Of a stretch of DNA of 64,000 bases, positions 60,816 through 64,000 are shown in pieces. Origin of the DNA: Malacoraja senta. Taxonomy: Eukaryota. Made by a program: the position numbers and the translations under genes. Positions within the stretch are counted from its first letter, which is position 1. Each line of letters starts with the position of its first letter. Under the pieces are notes generated by a model. The model saw only the letters and a list, made by a program, of their open reading frames with translations, ran no database searches and was not told the origin of the DNA. The stretch lies in contig CM075978.1 in the NCBI GenBank assembly GCA_038087875.1, positions 174,778,001 through 174,842,000 of the forward strand, in the 5' to 3' direction.

Positions 60816-61473
60816 CCCACCACGACCCTACCCTTTATCATAAAGGTCAGATGGAGGTTCTTGTATTACTCGTTTTATTATGAGACTATATTACTTCGGT
60901 TGTTGTTTTTTGTGATTTCACACCGCTGCTTTGAAGATTGACGCGCAGGCGCACTGGCGGGGTTCTTCACGTAATCACTTACGTAACTCCTCATAAAATA
61001 AAGATCAAACTTCAAACTGGTAAGTTCTCGTTTAATCTTACTATCATTTTACATACCTCGGTCAAATCACCCATCAGCCTCATTTGCCTTAACGAAAGCA
61101 ACCTTAAACAATCTCTCCCAACAAGTAAAGTGGGCATGCAATTTGCGTACGGTAAGAGATTATATGAAAAGGCATTTTGAAAAGTCATTCAGGACCGCAC
61201 AAAATTCTGTAGACCGCACAAAAAAACAGGCAAATACGGAATGCGTTTCTAAACGACTGAATTCACTTCATTCTGAAACGTTCCTTTTAACCAAAAGGCA
61301 CCCGCAATTGACAAACATTTGTAGTTCAAAACTAGAATGTCAGAGCTGTTCAAGGTGCTCCAATGCATAAAGAAATCCAATCGATATTCATGCGATATAG
61401 TTACAGGTTACTGTACTTGAGTGGAGAGCGTTCATGGCATAGGTTAAAATAACCCGTAAAAATCTTAGCTTAC

Positions 61474-61517
61474 CGTGTCTTCAGCAATATTAAAGGCGTT
61501 CGCCAGCCGTCCATTTC
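61474..61517 (-). CDS. Gene 2 (paralogue) cytoplasmic exon 1 (GNGRLANAFNIAEDT)
   Basis: 44 nt, phase 1 to 0, the same size and phase as gene 1 cyt1; acceptor tttactttctattag, donor ACG|GTAAGC. Confidence 0.65.
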
Positions 61518-63764
61518 CTAATAGAAAGTAAATTGAGGCCTCGGTGTATAAACTTGCGTTATATATACAGTTGCTGCTGATTCTCACTACTTTGGCAGTA
61601 CATTGAATGTAAATAACACATTTTTGCTTTATTCAGATGCCGCTCCTCGGTCATCTTAATAGACACTAAACTTTATATTGCGCTAAACCACAGAGTAAGC
61701 AATATCTGTCAGCCATGATTACGCTCGTGACAGAGCTGAAACAATCTCCACGTTTTTGTGCTGGTGAAGCACTGCAGCATTTTATTTTTCAAATCATGGC
61801 GCCTTCTGATGCACAACACTTTAGTTGAGATGTACGTGATGCTATATTGAATGCTTTGCTCTCGCCTGCTTCTTGATGTCCCGTACATTGAATATAATCG
61901 GCATATGTGGTGAGGGGGGACTCTAATCCAGAGCAATGTGTGAATGATGACTGAATGATGCTCCTTCAACGTGGTTTTTCTGCCTTTAAAATAAAAAAGT
62001 TAAGGTACTCTGAAATGTTCACAAAGATTAGTCTTTGCCATCTATGCTCCAACGTTAAGGACTGGTTCAGATCGGATTGCAGATATTGCATCTCATCAAG
62101 ATGGGTTTTGGGTCCAAAGGTTGTTACTTGTTTGTTATATCTGCTTTGGGGGAAAATGTTGAATGAATCCTATAATGGTGGAATATGATCTGACTGAATG
62201 ATGCTCCTTCAATGTGTGAAATGAATTTGCAGTATCACTTGTGAGTTCATTTAAGAAATTGTATGAATTATGTGAGAGGGGAGGCATTGCGGTCTAGTGG
62301 AAGGAAAAACATGTCCTGGTGGACAGGAGGGGCATTGCTGGGCGGAAAGATTGGACTCAGTTGAAGAAGTAGAAATCATAAAGGAGAAATTTAAACTACT
62401 GGCAGTTGGCTGAATATGTTTCTTTTTTTCTTTGTGGGTTACTACCATGGATCAGGCTGGAATCATGAGCGTTCCAACGATCACATTTAACGATCACGAT
62501 CAGGCGAACTATTTGGAATAATGAACGAAACCGAGGAATGGATAAAGTCATAAATTATAGTAGAAATGCAAATATCTGCATTGATAAAGCCAGTCGAACC
62601 ATAGGACAAACTGTGCTGTATGAGCGGAAATATTTACTTGGGAATTGCCGTATTTAGTTCTCTAGAGATTAAAATGGGGAGATGCAAAAGTTTAGTATGT
62701 CTTGTTGTAGAAGCGGAGACCCCATTACAGTATTATGGAGAAGCCAATATCATGTGGTGTTGTTAAGTAAATGTCCGCCATATTCGTCTTTAACCACCAC
62801 GACTGAGAGCTCGACCTTGTACGATCAGGATATTAAGGTGGTGGATTGTGACTGTTCGTGATGGCTATTAAGGTAGAAAAAGTAACCCGGATTCTCCATT
62901 CTTGTCTCATTCAGGTAATGCTTTTGGACATTTCGGAATGATGCACTAGTGAGGAATTATTTCAACATATGTTAAGGCAGCAGTTATTGGTAAAGGAATA
63001 GAAATGCGTAGAACCCGAAGGGGGATCAACATAGATAATGCATAGATAATGCGAGCAGGGTATGCAACAGGGCTATTCTTGATTTTATGACCAATTATAA
63101 CAGCTGATGGAAAAGTCACCGAGAGTGGCGGCAAAGTGATTTAAAAATGACAAAAACACCATGTGACGCAGGGGAAGAAGCAGCGCAAGTATTTCTTAGG
63201 GATATTAAAATACTCAAAGCATATGAGGAGACAACAAATAGAATGATAGACAGAGTGAGTAATGTTTTTTCAGCAAGAACGTAGGGAGCATGTGTGAGGT
63301 GTCAATCTCAACTGAGCAGTGTCAAAGCGACAGGAGGCTTTCTATAATTAACTAGCCACCAAGTCGACAATTGGATATCGACTCAACCACTAAAGCAGTG
63401 GATTCAAGTTATGCGAAATGATTGCAACCTACGATCACTGACTACAGCTGGGTAAAGGGATCAAATATACAATGTACCTCTGGGAGCAGGTATAATATGA
63501 GTTATGCTCCATGCCTCACACCAGTTGAAGAATACAAGATTAGTCCCATACCAGCTTGAATAAAAGCACACAATGCTCCAGACCGAGCTGAAATGATTGA
63601 CGAGCGAACAATGGGCATCTATTTGGATGTATATCATCAAACGGCGAATGACTGGGCATGCCCAGAATATATTAATTAATATGATAGAGTATAGTTAGAG
63701 AGACAACGAGTCGTGGAGGTATAGAGCCACGGAAAACCATTTCTTGCGTGACTCTATACGCACG

Positions 63765-64000
63765 TTGGCGCAACGGTTGAGTTGCTGCCTTATAGCGACA
63801 AAGACCCGGATTCGATCCTAACTACGGGTGCTGCTTGTACGGAGTTTGTAGTTTCTCCCTGTGACCTGGAGTTTGTACGGAGTTTGTAGTTTCTCCTGGA
63901 GCGCCGGTTTCCTCCCACATCCCAAAGACGTACAGGTTTGTAGATGAATTGGCTTGGTAAAATTGTAAATTGTCCCTAGTATGTGTAGGATAGAGTTAAT
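63765..64000 (+). mobile_element. V-SINE (HE1-like) element, truncated by the window end
   Basis: tRNA-like head followed by ccggtttcctcccacatcccaaagacgtacagg core. Confidence 0.7.

Larger units (their letters stand above)
54938..61044 (+). mobile_element. DIRS1-type tyrosine-recombinase retrotransposon, complete termini, decayed ORFs, in an intron of gene 2
   Basis: Inverted terminal repeats (54938-~55010; ~60940-61042), internal complementary region 60704-60815, and gag-RT-RNaseH-MT-YR domain order. Confidence 0.93.

Noticed and set aside
63552-63587. 36-nt phase 1-1 candidate exon of gene 2
   Set aside because: No homologue in gene 1 and not a TM segment; splice-like signals of this quality occur by chance.
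1-64000. Prokaryotic systems (CRISPR arrays, operons, rRNA/tRNA genes)
   Set aside because: No regularly spaced repeat-spacer array or operon-like gene density. The sequence is intron-containing vertebrate DNA, and the tRNA-like heads belong to SINEs.

Overview
Eukaryotic, repeat-rich vertebrate DNA. The repeat families (CR1 with microsatellite tails, L1, DIRS1, Penelope, V-SINE) and the Ig-superfamily gene suggest a cartilaginous fish, probably a skate or ray; this assignment is inference. The main host feature is a spliced minus-strand gene (ATG 21770, stop 10680 or 7742). It encodes a non-rearranging antigen-receptor-like protein: leader, germline-joined V-J Ig domain, C1-set domain, uncharged TM, and three cytoplasmic exons with ITIM/ITSM-type tyrosine motifs. 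The cytoplasmic exon block is tandemly duplicated (~3 kb units, 7837-10800 and 10811-13715), and two of its three exons are much better conserved between copies than the introns. Three homologous cytoplasmic exons of a second paralogue lie at 61474-61517, 54239-54349 and 54067-54129, which implies a tandem receptor cluster. The 32 kb between the two genes holds a decayed endogenous retroviral env and a nested retroelement block (30203-49930). In that block an old L1 carries a young full-length L1 with both ORFs open and a CR1, and the CR1 carries a second-family L1; target-site duplications are readable for all four. A complete DIRS1-type tyrosine-recombinase retrotransposon (54938-61044), interrupted by a CR1, sits in an intron of the paralogue. 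Two assembly gaps: 11125-11354 and 29714-29903. All exon models were built by hand from splice signals, phase and motifs; no database search or RNA data were available.
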